Assembly: GCA_951406725.2 (NCBI GenBank)
Contig: OX597816.1
Span: forward strand, 167,772,001 to 167,836,000
DNA: 64,000 nt
Direction: 5' to 3'
Source of the DNA: Octopus vulgaris
Taxonomy: Eukaryota
Position numbers and translations under genes: made by a program. Every line of letters begins with the position of its first letter. Position 1 is the first letter of the stretch. Below the pieces are notes generated by a model. It saw nothing but the letters and a program-made list of their open reading frames with translations, was not told the origin of the DNA and searched no databases. Of the stretch, positions 63,503-64,000 are shown piece by piece.

Positions 63503-64000
63503 TTTGTATGTATACATGTATATTTATACAAGTGCCCTGTTTATTTAATTCCTTTATGATCTTATAATCAGTGACTCAGGATTTCCTTTTTCTCTTTTGT
63601 CATGGCACTTGTCGAACTAGATTAGGTTACATAATATTATTTATTGAAGAAAAATTATTGAATAGACAATTGATAATGGGTTAAGAATTTCGCTTTGCAA
63701 CCATAAAGTCAAGAGTTCAGTCCCGCTGCGAGGCATCTTGTGCAAATGTCTTTTTCTATTGCCCTGGGTTGACCCATGCTTTGTGAGTAAAATTGTGCTG
63801 ATGGAAACTGTGTGGAAGCCTGGCAGATGGATAGTATATGTAATTCAAAGGTTTGACCTCATCACTCTGTATTACACTAATTCTACTTCAGAATTATGTT
63901 ATAAGTACTGGTATCTGTGGAGTACTCAACTACTTACAGACTAACTGAATGAGTCTTGGGGGTCAGTTGATCGAACAACTGGTGCCAATACTTGGAAGTT

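Overview
AT-rich eukaryotic DNA, not prokaryotic. The dense tRNA-derived SINEs, (GAT)n-tailed RTE LINE ends and very long (TA/TG)n microsatellites suggest an Octopus-type cephalopod genome; this is inferred from repeat content only. Most ORFs in the supplied track are translations of repeats or microsatellites. There are two credible host genes: the first coding exon of a LysM-domain gene (LYSMD3/4-like, 54753-55148, +) and a compact orphan gene for an 86-aa basic helical protein (28531-28791, +). Mobile DNA includes a full-length but disrupted hAT/Buster transposon with TIRs and TSD, hAT, Merlin-like, piggyBac-like and MULE-like non-autonomous elements, Tc1/mariner relics, Helitron-like elements, RTE and CR1 LINE fragments, and Penelope-like ends carrying minimal hammerhead ribozymes. 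The most unusual signals are recurring fold-back inserts in (TA)n tracts, the orphan gene with a tandemly repeated splice acceptor, and modular hairpin arrays in RTE 3' UTRs. Coordinates were counted by eye and repeat boundaries are approximate. No database searches were run.
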